Source: a virus (lineage: Duplodnaviria; Caudoviricetes). Taken from it: 62,417 nucleotides of DNA. This document shows, piece after piece, positions 18,078 through 29,778 of the stretch. Where the stretch lies: the IMG/VR virus record IMGVR_UViG_3300023110_000035, positions 1 through 62,417 of that record; one strand, 5' to 3'. Numbering within the stretch: the stretch's first letter is position 1; each line of letters opens with the position of its first letter. The position numbers and the translations under genes are program-made. The notes below the pieces were generated by a model. That model did no database searches. It was not told where the DNA came from and saw only the letters and a list, made by a program, of their open reading frames with translations.

Positions 18078-21000
18078 TTAATTTTTATTAATTAACTGAT
18101 TTACCAATTCTTTTAATTCGTTTATTTCTTTTTGTTGATTTTCAATTACACTTTCCAATTCTTTTACTTTAGAATTGTTCCAAGTTACAATCTTATTCTG
18201 GTCTTTTATACCTTCAATCACCAATGGAACTAATCTATCGTACTTAATTGTTAAGTAATCTTCACCTGATTTAGAGTATAGGTTTCCATTTTCATCATAA
18301 TCAGAATCAAATGGTGCTAAGTGAACTACTTCGGGTACAACATCTCTAACCTGTTGTGCCGATAAACCTACTTGTAATCCTTCTTCGGTAAATCCAACTT
18401 TTTTTGCTAACTCATTAGTTTCATAGTAGAAACCATCTAATGAAAGGATTTTAGAAAGTGCGTTTCCGATTTTACCTTTCTTATCTTTTAATCTTTCATC
18501 TGAGTAGTATGCGATAATATCTTGTGTACATCTAAATACTCGAGTAGCGTAGATTTGTGAGTTGTTTACTTCAAATCTTTCTGAACCACCAGTTACAACT
18601 CTGAATTGGTCTGATGCGTGGAATTGAATATAAGTGTTAGTATCACCTCTATGTCTTAACCAAGAAGCCATCTCCAATGTATTGAACCTAGAAGTAGATG
18701 CTGGGTCTGCGTAGTATGATGTTGAGTTACTATCATAATAAATCGAACCATATACTCTATTATAGAAGTATGCAATTGCGTTGCCATTTTCTCTACCAAT
18801 ATATGCTACATTCTGAGAATTACCAGAACCATTATCATGTATTCTTAGATAAGAGTTAGTATTATTATTGTTACTATCTAATCTAATATTAACATCATTA
18901 TATGAGTTAATAGACATGTTATCGGAGAATCCACCGGTATTAGAAGTAGATGCGATACCATGATTAGAATATGAATTGTAATTCGCATTCCAGTCAAAGG
19001 ACATGTATGCTATTCTATGTAAAGATGATGAATATGTACCATACCCCTGTGCATATCCCCTACTACTACTTGAACCAAAGTATGATGTATTGGTAACTGT
19101 TGCGTTAAATCTAGAAGTAGAGTTAAAGTTACCATAGTATCCAGTATCGTGGTCATAGTAGATTCCCGCTCTTACTTGGTCTCTTACATAGATACCATAA
19201 GATTGAGTACTCATTTGGTCTGTACCATTGTGGTATAATGATAACGAACCATTTCTCCGAGCATACAACATCCACTCATTATCAATATCATTGTAGATAC
19301 CACATTGGTTGTTATCTGCTGACATGAACACATATCTAGCATTGATTGAGTATCCTTCCCAACCACCTTTACCACTACCATGTGTTTGAACAGTACCATA
19401 GTTACCATCTACACCACCTTGACCAGCTCTGAATGTTACTTCGTTGTTATCTCTTAATTCTACATAAGAATCCCGTGCTACTCTTACTGCCCATTGTCCA
19501 TCAGAATCTAAAATACCAATATTATTAGAATCATCTGCGTAGAAATATCCTCTAATGGTACTTTGGAAACCATCTCTAATTCTAATACCATGCGGGTTAC
19601 CACTTCTTGCGATTGTCCAATATTCTCCAGATGAATAGAAGTGATTTCCAGAACTTTGGTTATATAAACCTTCGTTTTGGTTGTAGTTTCTGAACCAATC
19701 ATCAGCGTAGAAGTTCCACGCTCTTGCAACGTTCATACGAGATGTACTATCACCATTCCAATAGTAAGATGTATTGTTTCTATCGTAGATGATATTTGGT
19801 CTAATATCGTTGAAGTAGGATACATTATCAAAATGACCATAATAAGAAGTGTTATTCCTATCATAGTAGATGTTTGCCCTCATATCGTTGAAGTACGATG
19901 TAGAAGCAGGGTCTGCGTAATATCCTGTATTGTTTTGGTCATAGTAACGAGGAGAGTAAGTTACATCATAGTTGTACATCCAACCATCTACTCTCAAGTT
20001 CAAGTTACCACTATCCGAACTCATTCTGAATTCATCAGTACCAGTTCCGATAAAGTCAATACCAGTTCTACTATCCCAATGTGTATTAGTTCTGAATCTT
20101 ACAGTACCACCACCATATGCAGGCATTACAATAGAAGATGCATTATTGAACCACAACCCACTTCCATTATTTACTCTGTTACCAGAAAGTTGTTCGATAT
20201 TTGGTTCGTTACCATTGATTTCATATACACCAGGTCCCCACCATTTTAATTGTGAGTTAGCATCGGTTGAGTAGTATAAGTAAGTTCTATGAGTTTGGTT
20301 TCTCGTACCAGTGTATCTCATTTTGTAATCAGTAGATGTTGCTATCTTCTGACCTGTATCTAATCTCCAAACACCACCCAAACCACTATTTGAAGTTCGA
20401 GGGTGATTGTTTGCGTAAACAAATCCAATTGCCAAACACCAAACTCCTTGTGGGAGTGAACCGATACCAAATGCGTGGAAGTATGGGTTACCATTTGCCG
20501 AACCACTCATATTAAGTGTTTCACCACCACTACAACCAAAGTAGTAAGTACCTGAAGTTTGTGAAGATTCTCTCTTCACATATGTTACCCACATATATGA
20601 TTTGTTACCATCTAAGTTTGATACAGTTTTGTTCCAACCACCATCAGAGTTAGAACCAGCATCATTACCTAATGCTCTCCAAACAATAGCTGGTCTACCC
20701 CAAGGGTCATAATCTTGTATGATTGAGTTTTCATATGATGCTCCATTGTTTGAGAATGTTCCACCCAATGCAGCTGCACCATTACCAGTTCCACTTACTA
20801 CCCAATCTTCAGCGGTTGCTAAGTTAGTAAATGTACCAACGTGGTGGTTACGAGAGTTAATTGCTTTCTGTCCACCTACTCTTAGGTTGTAAGTAACTTC
20901 AACATCTTGAGAACTTCTACCAACTGAGAATAACATTGTTGATAAATCTTCATTGTTGTACATTCTGATACCACCATAACCAGGTTGTGCACCCATACGG

Positions 21001-24000
21001 ATACCAGTATGCCATCTTAAATCTAATTTAGAGTAATTACCACCATAGTTTTCTCTATTTGTACCAATGTAGTAGTTACCATCTGCATCAGAGTTACCAC
21101 CACCAAAATGTAATCTCGTAGATGATACTGAGTTATATGCGTTGTAATCAAATCTACCACCAATAACAACTCTATTGATAAATTCAGCTGCGTACATACG
21201 AGAAGTAGAACCACCATGCCAATAATATCCAGTACTTCCTCTATCATAAAGAATGTTTACTCTAACATCGTTCATATACGATGTAGAAGCAAAATCACCA
21301 TAATAAGAACCATTGTTTCTATCATAGAATCTATCAGCGTAGTGATATCCAACAGTCTCTCCACCATTTGACCGAGTCTTTATCTTCTCAGAACCATCAT
21401 AGTACATTGATGTTTGTACATTGGTTGTTCTAACTGCCCATTGTCCATCTCTATTTAATAGACCGAAGTTAGCACCAGCCCCATCTGAATAAACATATCC
21501 AGCTCTTGTACCACCACCAGTATAGAATTTGATACCACCAGTATTTGCATCACCAAACTTATAGTTTAGGTAAGAATCATTACCTTCATCATAAAATCTA
21601 ACATTTGCGTTAAAGTGTAATTGGTTTACATAGTTGATATCATAGTTGTTCATATGGAAATGACGATACCAATAAACATATCCATTGTTATTGGTAATGT
21701 ATCTCATCATTAAGGTATCTGAGTTTGCATTTCTCATATACCAAGAGAAAGTGTATCCACTATCCCAATACCAATGTGCACCATATGAAATAGCATGATA
21801 ACCACCCTCACCAAAGTATAAGTGAGAATCACCACTATCAGTAGCACCCACATATAACATATCGTTGATGTGAGTTCTATCATCGTTACCATTACCTATT
21901 CGGTTTCGGTTACCATTTACATATAAGTTGTTTTGTACAGTAGTTGTACCATTATTTACTTCAAATCTTTCACCACCACCAGTTACAACTCTCCATTGGT
22001 CTGCTGCGTGGAATTGGATATAAGTGTTAGTATCTCCATCGTGGTAAATCCGGTCATTTAAGAAGATATCTTCTACATCGTAGATTCTACCATTATCCAT
22101 ATATAAATCAGTACGGATAATAACCGAACCATTTACATCTAATCGTTGTGAAGCAGTTGTGTGTCCAATACCCACATTACCACCACTTGCACCATTGATG
22201 TAGGTGTTTTGACCTGAACTATATTGTAGTTGTAATGGCCTTGCTGGCGAATAAACTTGGTCGTAGTTAATCCTTAAACCATTTGTAATACCAGAAGTAT
22301 TAAACTCAACCCAATCTAATCGAGATGAAGAACCTTGGAATCTAAGGATATCTGCCGGTCCATCATATTCAATTTTAGGTCCACCATATCCATATTGATG
22401 GAATTGAATTTGGGGTTTACGAGAGTTTGTACCTGTATTACCACTTTGAATCTGAATTGCAGTTGATGCTACAATGGATGGTTTATGAAATTGTCCACTA
22501 TCACCAACCCAGTTAGCAGTACCATCATTGTAGTAAGATGAGTAATCGTTAGCGTAGTAATCATATTCATCAGTATATCCACCTTTTGCAAATATCTGTC
22601 CATCAACTGCTAATAGTGAAGCCGCCCGAGCATTACCACTATGCCATTTACCTAATCTCCAACCACTATTTTCATCGTTATTGTTTGATACCGCAAATGT
22701 AATACCTCTATCGTAACTAGCATCAGAATACATAGTTGTAATAAGTAAATCATGTGCTCTAGAGGCATCTGCTGCTAAACCTGATGCTTGTGATTTTGTA
22801 TTTGCTGTACCAGTAAACCAAGTACCATTACCAGCACCAATCCAGAACATTTGATGTCCTTGAAAGTGTAAGTTTGTTTGTGCATTCTGTCCAACTGAAT
22901 CCCAACTTGATGAAGTACCTAAAATGTGATATTTTCCATCGAAATCTAAAGTACCACTACCATATGCATTTCCACTAATAGTAACACCATCACTTCTAGT
23001 TTCAAATTTCATTGAACCATTATGGTATAACTCAACTTCAGCGTTTCTTCTGAAGATTGCCATCCACTCATTATCTACATCATTGTAGATACCAGCAGTA
23101 CTACTATGGTCAGACATGAATACATATCTACCATTAATTGAGTATCCACCCCAACCACTTCTAGTTGTTCTAGTTTCAACTGTACCATAGTTACCACTTA
23201 CAGTATCTCTACCAATTCTAAATTCTTCAGTTGTACCATCGGTATAGAACTGAGTACCATAATCATTTTGGTGTCTGATTGCCCAACTTCCACCAGTATC
23301 TAAAATACCAATTTGATTAGAACTATTTGCGTAGAAAGAACCTCTTTCGGTACTTCCATTAGTTTTCATTCTAATTCTTATAGAAGATGCTGAATCTCTA
23401 GCAGTCCAAGATGCATCTGCATCTGAAACCCAATGTGCTCCAGTTGCTTGGTTATATAAACCTTCACCACTTTGGTTGTTTCTAAACCAACCATTGTTAT
23501 AAATTTCGTTAAATGTTACACTATCCGTTGTACGAACATATTGGTTCATATTTGCAGCGTATGGATAGTTTGTAGAATCTAAGATTCTTCTCCAACCAGA
23601 ATAGTTATCGTTATTCCATTGAGTTTTGTATGCTAAATCACCAGTATGTGCTGCGTATAATTGGAATGAATGGTTTGCACCTCTATAACTTATAACACCA
23701 CCATATGTGTAAACTCCAGTTGGGTGATTTGAGAATCCAGAAGCCAAATTATTGACCTGAATATAGTTCATTTCACCAGCGGAATTTGTCCAATCTTGGA
23801 AGTTACCACCACTTACCGAACCACCATATGTGAATATATTGTATGCCCCTACTGAAGTACTTTGTCTATAAAAGTTAGTAGCGTATAAATCTCCAACATT
23901 TTGATTTACACCATAAATCGGAGATACTCTCATTGTTACCGTTACCTTCTTAGAAGAAGATGGTTCGGTTGAGTTTGTTATAGATGTTACTCTATTTCTA

Positions 24001-27000
24001 TCATCACCACCAGCATCTCTTACATGAACTGCGAATGAATTCCAATAAGATACTCTTGGCCACCAGAATGCAAGTGTTCCACCATTATCAAACACTTTCA
24101 TTGTAGTAAATCCAGATTTACCTAAATGTAAACCTGAATGATTAATGATAGTATTGTTGTATAGGTAACCTTGTACTATAAAATCAAATGGTGAATCAGA
24201 AGAATAACTTTTACCAGTTGCTTCTAATACAAACGATGCCCCATTTTGAGTATTTGAAGTAATATCAGTTTGTACTAATGTTCCAGATGTAAAATCAGAA
24301 CCTGAATGTTTTCTTGTAGTAACATAGTTTCCATTCAATAAAAGATTATTACCAGCGATAGTTACAGCACTGTTATTAACTTCTAATCTTTCTGTACCAC
24401 CAGTTACAACTCTCCATTGGTCTGCTGCGTGGAATTGAATATAAGTATTTGAATCTCCTTCATGAATGATTTGGTCTACACCAACTATATCATTATTGTT
24501 CATATCAAGGGTTCCACCTGATATACTAAATCCATTACTTACATAACTTCTTTCCCAAGATGAAATTAATGCTCTTACTGTACCATCATTTCTTCTCAAT
24601 CTCATATCAGGGTAACCATTACTACCTACCCAGAATCCAGATGAGTTGTCATTACCAACACCTTGTGTTACAAATATAAATGACCATGTACTATTTCTTA
24701 CTTCTCTAAGAGAAATAGCGTTATCATTTATATTATTTAAATCCATATCAATAGCATGGCTATTGATTACTAAATTAGTAGCTAATGTGGTGTTACTATT
24801 GTTTACTTCTAATCGTTCACCACCACCAGTTACAACTCTCCATTGGTCTCCAGAGTGGAATTGCATGTAAGTATTCGTATCACCTTGGCTGTAAATAGCG
24901 TTATCTAAATAAATGTTTTCAACAGTATTTAAATTACCATTTCCTAAATTTAATCCAGCAAATGTTGGTGAATCCGTTGTACGAACATCTTGATTCATTC
25001 TGAACGCATATGGAATATTTCCATCATGTCCTATTGTTCTCCAATTTTGATATGTTCCAGCTTGCAATCTTCTAAATCTGAAATCATCTGAGAAGAAACT
25101 AATTGCTAATGTTGCACTATAATAAGTTGATGCGTTACCATGTCCTAATCTCATCCCATACCACCAATTGGTATCAGGATTAAGAGTTGAGTTATTGAGT
25201 GCGTTCCAATATTGGAAACTATCTGATTCAGTACCAGTATTTGATGATAATCTTGTTGCTGCATCAATAGAACCATTTATAGTACCACTTACAGTCAATC
25301 CATTTAAGTTCGAAGTTCCTGCAGGATTTACATAATAATTATCATCATTCGAATCATAGTAAATTGGTGCATACATTGCTACACCAGCATCAACTATCTT
25401 AGCTGCATCAATCGAACCTAAATAAAGAATCGAACTTGCTGCGTTCTTATCACCATAGAAAGTGAATGTACCACCATGACTCTGTCCTCTGAATGATGGA
25501 TTACCATCACCAACATTGATATAAACATCAGCACCACTACCATCAAAGTATCCGAAGTTTGTAGTGTTTACATTCGTAGAATTTACTCTTGAGAAGGTTA
25601 CAGTATCTGAAGTACGAACATTTTGATTCATTGCGTACAACTCATTATCACCCTGTCCAGTATTTAATGCAGTTGTATTTACAACACCACTAAATGTTGC
25701 TTCACCTGATTTGTTAATTGTTAATAATGATTGAGCTGAGTATTCAGATTGTCCACCAGATGCTTGATATCCAATTTGGTAATTTGCGAAACCACCACTA
25801 TATCTTAAACCAGCAAACCATTCTTGTCCACTATAAGATACATCAGTAAAGAAAGTACCAATTGCTCTACCTTCATAACCACTCATATTGATTACAGCAG
25901 TTGCTGCAGGTGAACCAGCAGTATTAGTTGCTATAATATTTAGAGAAGTTCCAGTGTTTCCACTATCACCAACTGTTAAATTATCAAATGTAGGTGAATC
26001 AGTTGTACGAACATTCTGATTCATATTATAAGCATATGGTTGAGATACACTATCTAATATTTGTCTCCAACTTCCCCAAGTAGTGTTACCAGTACCCATT
26101 CTACTCCATAATCTACCATTTGCAGTATATGCAATCTGAATTGGATATCCACCACTTAAATCAGTACCACCACCATAACTTCTCCAAGTCATTTGGCCGT
26201 TGTAAGAACCACCATCACTTAATCCATTGGTTGCGTTACTTTTGAAATCAAAGTAAACACCGTTTTGACGAGATGAAGGAGTATCATTTGTAGAACGAGT
26301 ATCATTTGAATCTACCGCTTCTGCTCTATCAGCAGTTCCGGTTAAATTACCAACAAATGATGCATTTACCTGATTAAATGTTACATTATCAGAGGTACGA
26401 ACATTTTGGTTCATTAGGTAAACCTCAGTAGCACCCTGCCCAGTATCAATAGTACCACCAATCGTTACATTACCAGACATAGTCCAATTACCAGATGAAT
26501 CCGTATAGTCATCATCGGTTACAAATCGTAATCTATCTGGATTAGTACCTTCATCCATTCGAATCATTTGCCTACCACCAGCTACCAACTGAAGGTCATC
26601 TCCACCTACGAACCGAATGTATGTATTTGTATCACCACCATGTCTAATATAAGAATCTACATCTAAAATTGGTGTCCTTAACCGAGTTTCAGCGTACCAA
26701 TTATCTTCTGATTCATCCCAATAAAAACTTCTAGTATCCGAATCACCTCTTAAAACTTCAATACCAGCATCTTCAGAAGGAGTACCTGATGTAAAGTTTG
26801 AATTAAGAGTTATAATATTATCTGCTAACTGAATGGTTTCGGTATTCACAATTGTTTGAGTACCTGTTACATTCAGATTACCTGTTATGTTTAGGGTTGT
26901 ACCATCAAAAGTAAGGTTTGATTCAACAGTTGCGTTTGGTGCTGAACCATTTAGTGTGATTAAGCCATTATCGGTGTTACCAGTTAAGGATAGAGCTCCA

Positions 27001-29423
27001 CTTGAACCAGCAGAACCACTTGAACCACCACTACCAGAAGTACCCGATGAACCTGATGAACCTGAAGAACCAGCACTTCCACTTGTTCCAGCACTTCCAC
27101 TTGTTCCTGCGCTTCCAGAACTACCAGATGAACCTGCCGTTCCCGCAGTACCTGATGTACCACCACTACCAGCGGTTGCTGATGTACCACCAGAACCACT
27201 TGTTCCACCACTTCCAGAAGTACCTGATGTACCTCCACTACCTGATGTACCATCTGAACCAGAAGTACCTTGTTCACCACTTGTACCTGATGAACCTCCA
27301 CTACCTGATGTACCTGAAGAACCACCAGTTCCTGCAGTACCCGATGTACCACCACTACCAGCAGTACCACCAGAACCAGAAGATGCTGAAGTACCTGATG
27401 TACCTCCACTTCCAGAAGTACCTGATGTACCTCCACTACCAGAAGAACCAGCTGAACCACCAGTACCAGATGATGCTGAAGTACCTGATGTACCTCCACT
27501 ACCTGATGAACCAGATGTTCCGTCATCTCCGTCATCTCCATCATTACCAGAAGTTCCACCTGAACCACTTGTTCCAGATGTACCTCCACTTCCAGAAGTA
27601 CCAGATGAACCACCTGCACCAGTTATACCACTCGAACCAGTTGAACCACTTGTTCCACCACTTCCACTTGTTCCACTTGTTCCAGAAGAACCAGTTGTAC
27701 CAGATGAACCTGTTGTACCTCCACTACCAGATGTACCAGCTGAACCTGTTGTACCTCCACTACCAGAACTTCCTCCACTACCTGATGTTCCACTTGAACC
27801 ACCCGTACCAGAGGAACCACCACTACCAGCGGTAGCTGATGTACCTGCTGTACCCGTTGAACCACCAGAACCACTTGTTCCACTACTTCCACCACTTCCG
27901 CTTGTTCCACTACTTCCACCACTTCCGCTTGTACCAGATGAACCTCCACTACCAGCAGATGCAGATGAACCAGATGTTCCTCCACTACCTGATGTACCGC
28001 TTGTTCCTCCACTACCACTACTTCCGCTTGAACCAGTTGTACCTGAAGAACCACTTGTTCCACTTGAACCAGCAGTACCATCCGTACCATCATCACCAGA
28101 AGTACCACCAGAACCAGATGTACCAGCTGAACCTACTGAACCAGATGTACCAGCTGAACCACCAGTACCACTAGTACCACCAGAACCAGATGTACCATCA
28201 TCACCAGATGTACCAGCAGAACCCGATGTACCTGCACTACCCTTTGTACCAGATGAACCTCCACTACCAGCAGTTCCAGAACTTCCTCCAGAACCAGATG
28301 TTCCAGATGAACCCCCACTACCAGATGTACCAGATGAACCTCCACTACCAGATGTACCAGATGAACCTCCACTTCCACTTGTTCCACTTGAACCAGACGA
28401 ACCTCCACTTCCACTTGTTCCACTTGAGCCTCCAGAACCAGATGTTCCACTTGAACCACCAGAACCAGATGTTCCGCTTGAACCACCAGAACCACTTGTA
28501 CCAGATGAACCTCCACTACCAGAAGTACCTGAAGAACCAGATGAACCAGATGTACCTGATGTACCAGAAGATGATGCGTTAAACTTTCTTTGGAATGTAC
28601 CTGTTGTTGTATCGAAAACTACCACTTCGTTAGATGTACCAGCTGGTAAATCATCCGCAGTTAAGTTTCCACTAAAATCTATATTACCATCAACACTTAA
28701 ATCACCCTTTACACCAACCGAACCAGTTAATTCTTGCTTATCTGATGCAGAATCACCAAATTTGTTTGAACCAGTAGCATAAACTACTGAAGATGATAAG
28801 TATGTTGTATGAAGTTCGGTAGAAGTAATTCTACCAGCTACTGTTAAATCATTACCAACAGTTAAATCAGTTCCAATGTTAGCTGATTTATCTATTGTTA
28901 AACTATCGTTACTCCTTATAGAACCACTTACATCTAATGTACCACTTACTTCAGTATTTACATTTATTTCAAGTCCTAAGTTTGGAGATATTACAGCTTC
29001 AGCTGAACCTGATTTTAATCTATCAATATCACCAATGGAGTCCGCATTAATGTTTGTGATTCCACTACCATCACCACTAATTACTCCACCAACTGTTAAA
29101 GATTCGGATACATTTAATGCACCACTAATAGATGTATCTACATTTACTTTTAATCCTTTATCGGGTGAGATTACTGCTGATGATGAACCACTTATTATTT
29201 TAGAAGCGGCATCTGCTGAAAGAGCCTCAGTAGGTATATCATATAAACCAACACCACTACCTGTAAATTGAGAAGCAGAAACACTACCCTCAACATTAAG
29301 GTTGTTTATAATATCAACTGATTGAGTTGATATAGTTGCCTGCCTTACCCCGTTTACATCAACAGAGAGTAAAGATTGACTGATTTGATTTATACCATTT
29401 GGGTCTATACCTTTATAGCTCAT
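18078..29423 (-). CDS. Giant tail fibre (3781 aa) with a Gly-Ser-Thr tract, knob-like and repeated beta modules, and a C-terminal peptidase S74 intramolecular chaperone
   Basis: C-terminal YYSDERLK...VGLSAQQV..VVPEVV...IKYDRLVPLVIEGIK plus a coiled coil indicates an S74 chaperone. Internal repeats: MNQNVRTTDSPTF, GDTNTYIQFHAADQWRVVTGG, YYDxNNxxYY and WFRN..GLYNQ. Confidence 0.88.
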   Translation of the reverse strand: MSYKGIDPNGINQISQSLLSVDVNGVRQATISTQSVDIINNLNVEGSVSASQFTGSGVGLYDIPTEALSADAASKIISGSSSAVISPDKGLKVNVDTSISGALNVSESLTVGGVISGDGSGITNINADSIGDIDRLKSGSAEAVISPNLGLEINVNTEVSGTLDVSGSIRSNDSLTIDKSANIGTDLTVGNDLTVAGRITSTELHTTYLSSSVVYATGSNKFGDSASDKQELTGSVGVKGDLSVDGNIDFSGNLTADDLPAGTSNEVVVFDTTTGTFQRKFNASSSGTSGTSGSSGSSGTSGSGGSSGTSGSGGSSGTSGSGGSSGTSGSGGSSGTSGSGGSSGSSGTSGSGGSSGTSGSGGSSGTSGSGGSSGTSGSGGSSGTAGSGGSSGTKGSAGTSGSAGTSGDDGTSGSGGTSGTGGSAGTSGSVGSAGTSGSGGTSGDDGTDGTAGSSGTSGSSGTTGSSGSSGSGGTSGTSGSGGTSGSSASAGSGGSSGTSGSGGSSGTSGSGGSSGTSGSGGSTGTAGTSATAGSGGSSGTGGSSGTSGSGGSSGSGGTTGSAGTSGSGGTTGSSGTTGSSGTSGTSGSGGTSGSTGSSGITGAGGSSGTSGSGGTSGTSGSGGTSGNDGDDGDDGTSGSSGSGGTSGTSASSGTGGSAGSSGSGGTSGTSGSGGTSGTSASSGSGGTAGSGGTSGTAGTGGSSGTSGSGGSSGTSGEQGTSGSDGTSGSGGTSGTSGSGGTSGSGGTSATAGSGGTSGTAGTAGSSGSSGSAGTSGSAGTSGSAGSSGSSGSSGTSGSGGSSGSAGSSGALSLTGNTDNGLITLNGSAPNATVESNLTFDGTTLNITGNLNVTGTQTIVNTETIQLADNIITLNSNFTSGTPSEDAGIEVLRGDSDTRSFYWDESEDNWYAETRLRTPILDVDSYIRHGGDTNTYIRFVGGDDLQLVAGGRQMIRMDEGTNPDRLRFVTDDDYTDSSGNWTMSGNVTIGGTIDTGQGATEVYLMNQNVRTSDNVTFNQVNASFVGNLTGTADRAEAVDSNDTRSTNDTPSSRQNGVYFDFKSNATNGLSDGGSYNGQMTWRSYGGGTDLSGGYPIQIAYTANGRLWSRMGTGNTTWGSWRQILDSVSQPYAYNMNQNVRTTDSPTFDNLTVGDSGNTGTSLNIIATNTAGSPAATAVINMSGYEGRAIGTFFTDVSYSGQEWFAGLRYSGGFANYQIGYQASGGQSEYSAQSLLTINKSGEATFSGVVNTTALNTGQGDNELYAMNQNVRTSDTVTFSRVNSTNVNTTNFGYFDGSGADVYINVGDGNPSFRGQSHGGTFTFYGDKNAASSILYLGSIDAAKIVDAGVAMYAPIYYDSNDDNYYVNPAGTSNLNGLTVSGTINGSIDAATRLSSNTGTESDSFQYWNALNNSTLNPDTNWWYGMRLGHGNASTYYSATLAISFFSDDFRFRRLQAGTYQNWRTIGHDGNIPYAFRMNQDVRTTDSPTFAGLNLGNGNLNTVENIYLDNAIYSQGDTNTYMQFHSGDQWRVVTGGGERLEVNNSNTTLATNLVINSHAIDMDLNNINDNAISLREVRNSTWSFIFVTQGVGNDNSSGFWVGSNGYPDMRLRRNDGTVRALISSWERSYVSNGFSISGGTLDMNNNDIVGVDQIIHEGDSNTYIQFHAADQWRVVTGGTERLEVNNSAVTIAGNNLLLNGNYVTTRKHSGSDFTSGTLVQTDITSNTQNGASFVLEATGKSYSSDSPFDFIVQGYLYNNTIINHSGLHLGKSGFTTMKVFDNGGTLAFWWPRVSYWNSFAVHVRDAGGDDRNRVTSITNSTEPSSSKKVTVTMRVSPIYGVNQNVGDLYATNFYRQSTSVGAYNIFTYGGSVSGGNFQDWTNSAGEMNYIQVNNLASGFSNHPTGVYTYGGVISYRGANHSFQLYAAHTGDLAYKTQWNNDNYSGWRRILDSTNYPYAANMNQYVRTTDSVTFNEIYNNGWFRNNQSGEGLYNQATGAHWVSDADASWTARDSASSIRIRMKTNGSTERGSFYANSSNQIGILDTGGSWAIRHQNDYGTQFYTDGTTEEFRIGRDTVSGNYGTVETRTTRSGWGGYSINGRYVFMSDHSSTAGIYNDVDNEWMAIFRRNAEVELYHNGSMKFETRSDGVTISGNAYGSGTLDFDGKYHILGTSSSWDSVGQNAQTNLHFQGHQMFWIGAGNGTWFTGTANTKSQASGLAADASRAHDLLITTMYSDASYDRGITFAVSNNNDENSGWRLGKWHSGNARAASLLAVDGQIFAKGGYTDEYDYYANDYSSYYNDGTANWVGDSGQFHKPSIVASTAIQIQSGNTGTNSRKPQIQFHQYGYGGPKIEYDGPADILRFQGSSSRLDWVEFNTSGITNGLRINYDQVYSPARPLQLQYSSGQNTYINGASGGNVGIGHTTASQRLDVNGSVIIRTDLYMDNGRIYDVEDIFLNDRIYHDGDTNTYIQFHAADQWRVVTGGGERFEVNNGTTTVQNNLYVNGNRNRIGNGNDDRTHINDMLYVGATDSGDSHLYFGEGGYHAISYGAHWYWDSGYTFSWYMRNANSDTLMMRYITNNNGYVYWYRHFHMNNYDINYVNQLHFNANVRFYDEGNDSYLNYKFGDANTGGIKFYTGGGTRAGYVYSDGAGANFGLLNRDGQWAVRTTNVQTSMYYDGSEKIKTRSNGGETVGYHYADRFYDRNNGSYYGDFASTSYMNDVRVNILYDRGSTGYYWHGGSTSRMYAAEFINRVVIGGRFDYNAYNSVSSTRLHFGGGNSDADGNYYIGTNRENYGGNYSKLDLRWHTGIRMGAQPGYGGIRMYNNEDLSTMLFSVGRSSQDVEVTYNLRVGGQKAINSRNHHVGTFTNLATAEDWVVSGTGNGAAALGGTFSNNGASYENSIIQDYDPWGRPAIVWRALGNDAGSNSDGGWNKTVSNLDGNKSYMWVTYVKRESSQTSGTYYFGCSGGETLNMSGSANGNPYFHAFGIGSLPQGVWCLAIGFVYANNHPRTSNSGLGGVWRLDTGQKIATSTDYKMRYTGTRNQTHRTYLYYSTDANSQLKWWGPGVYEINGNEPNIEQLSGNRVNNGSGLWFNNASSIVMPAYGGGTVRFRTNTHWDSRTGIDFIGTGTDEFRMSSDSGNLNLRVDGWMYNYDVTYSPRYYDQNNTGYYADPASTSYFNDMRANIYYDRNNTSYYGHFDNVSYFNDIRPNIIYDRNNTSYYWNGDSTSRMNVARAWNFYADDWFRNYNQNEGLYNQSSGNHFYSSGEYWTIARSGNPHGIRIRDGFQSTIRGYFYADDSNNIGILDSDGQWAVRVARDSYVELRDNNEVTFRAGQGGVDGNYGTVQTHGSGKGGWEGYSINARYVFMSADNNQCGIYNDIDNEWMLYARRNGSLSLYHNGTDQMSTQSYGIYVRDQVRAGIYYDHDTGYYGNFNSTSRFNATVTNTSYFGSSSSRGYAQGYGTYSSSLHRIAYMSFDWNANYNSYSNHGIASTSNTGGFSDNMSINSYNDVNIRLDSNNNNTNSYLRIHDNGSGNSQNVAYIGRENGNAIAYFYNRVYGSIYYDSNSTSYYADPASTSRFNTLEMASWLRHRGDTNTYIQFHASDQFRVVTGGSERFEVNNSQIYATRVFRCTQDIIAYYSDERLKDKKGKIGNALSKILSLDGFYYETNELAKKVGFTEEGLQVGLSAQQVRDVVPEVVHLAPFDSDYDENGNLYSKSGEDYLTIKYDRLVPLVIEGIKDQNKIVTWNNSKVKELESVIENQQKEINELKELVNQLINKN
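26995..28570 (-). repeat. Gly-X-Y (X,Y mostly Ser/Thr/Gly) low-complexity coding repeat, about 525 codons
   Basis: Translation GSGGSSGTSGSGGSSGTS...; degenerate 9/27-bp DNA periodicity. Confidence 0.9.
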
Positions 29424-29434
29424 ACATTATTACT

Positions 29435-29767
29435 TTATGTAATTTCTAATACTGATACCACAACATCTGCTGATGAATTCACCGAAGATGTTACAGTTAT
29501 TGAATCATTTGCTTCCAATACTACCTTTTGGTCCCCACCAACTAAAATTGTTGAAGAACCTTGTGGAATCACAGCACCTTTTAATAAATATTTAGTTACT
29601 CCAGCAGAGTCATCAGTTAATTGAACATCAACATTAATATTTTGTGATACTATATTTGCCACATTTACACCAATCACAGTTGCAGATGTTGCAGCAGGAC
29701 AGGTATAAGCTGATAAACCACTGGTTCCAGCGGGTCCTTTAATACTATTTTTAAACGTATTTGCCAT
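29435..29767 (-). CDS. Small beta-rich virion adaptor-like protein (110 aa), paralog of 45261..46124
   Basis: MANTFK...YTCP...VIGVNVAN...IPQGSS...KVVLE...VVSVLEIT aligns with both termini of 45261..46124. Confidence 0.65.
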   Translation of the reverse strand: MANTFKNSIKGPAGTSGLSAYTCPAATSATVIGVNVANIVSQNINVDVQLTDDSAGVTKYLLKGAVIPQGSSTILVGGDQKVVLEANDSITVTSSVNSSADVVVSVLEIT

Positions 29768-29778
29768 ATTTTATCTTT

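Noticed and set aside
26887-28782. 631-aa Pro/Glu/Val-rich plus-strand ORF and overlapping Q/H/L- or V/Q/L-rich ORFs
   Set aside because: These are antisense or alternate-frame shadows of the Gly-Ser-Thr repeat, whose codons rarely create stops in other frames. No independent expression signals.
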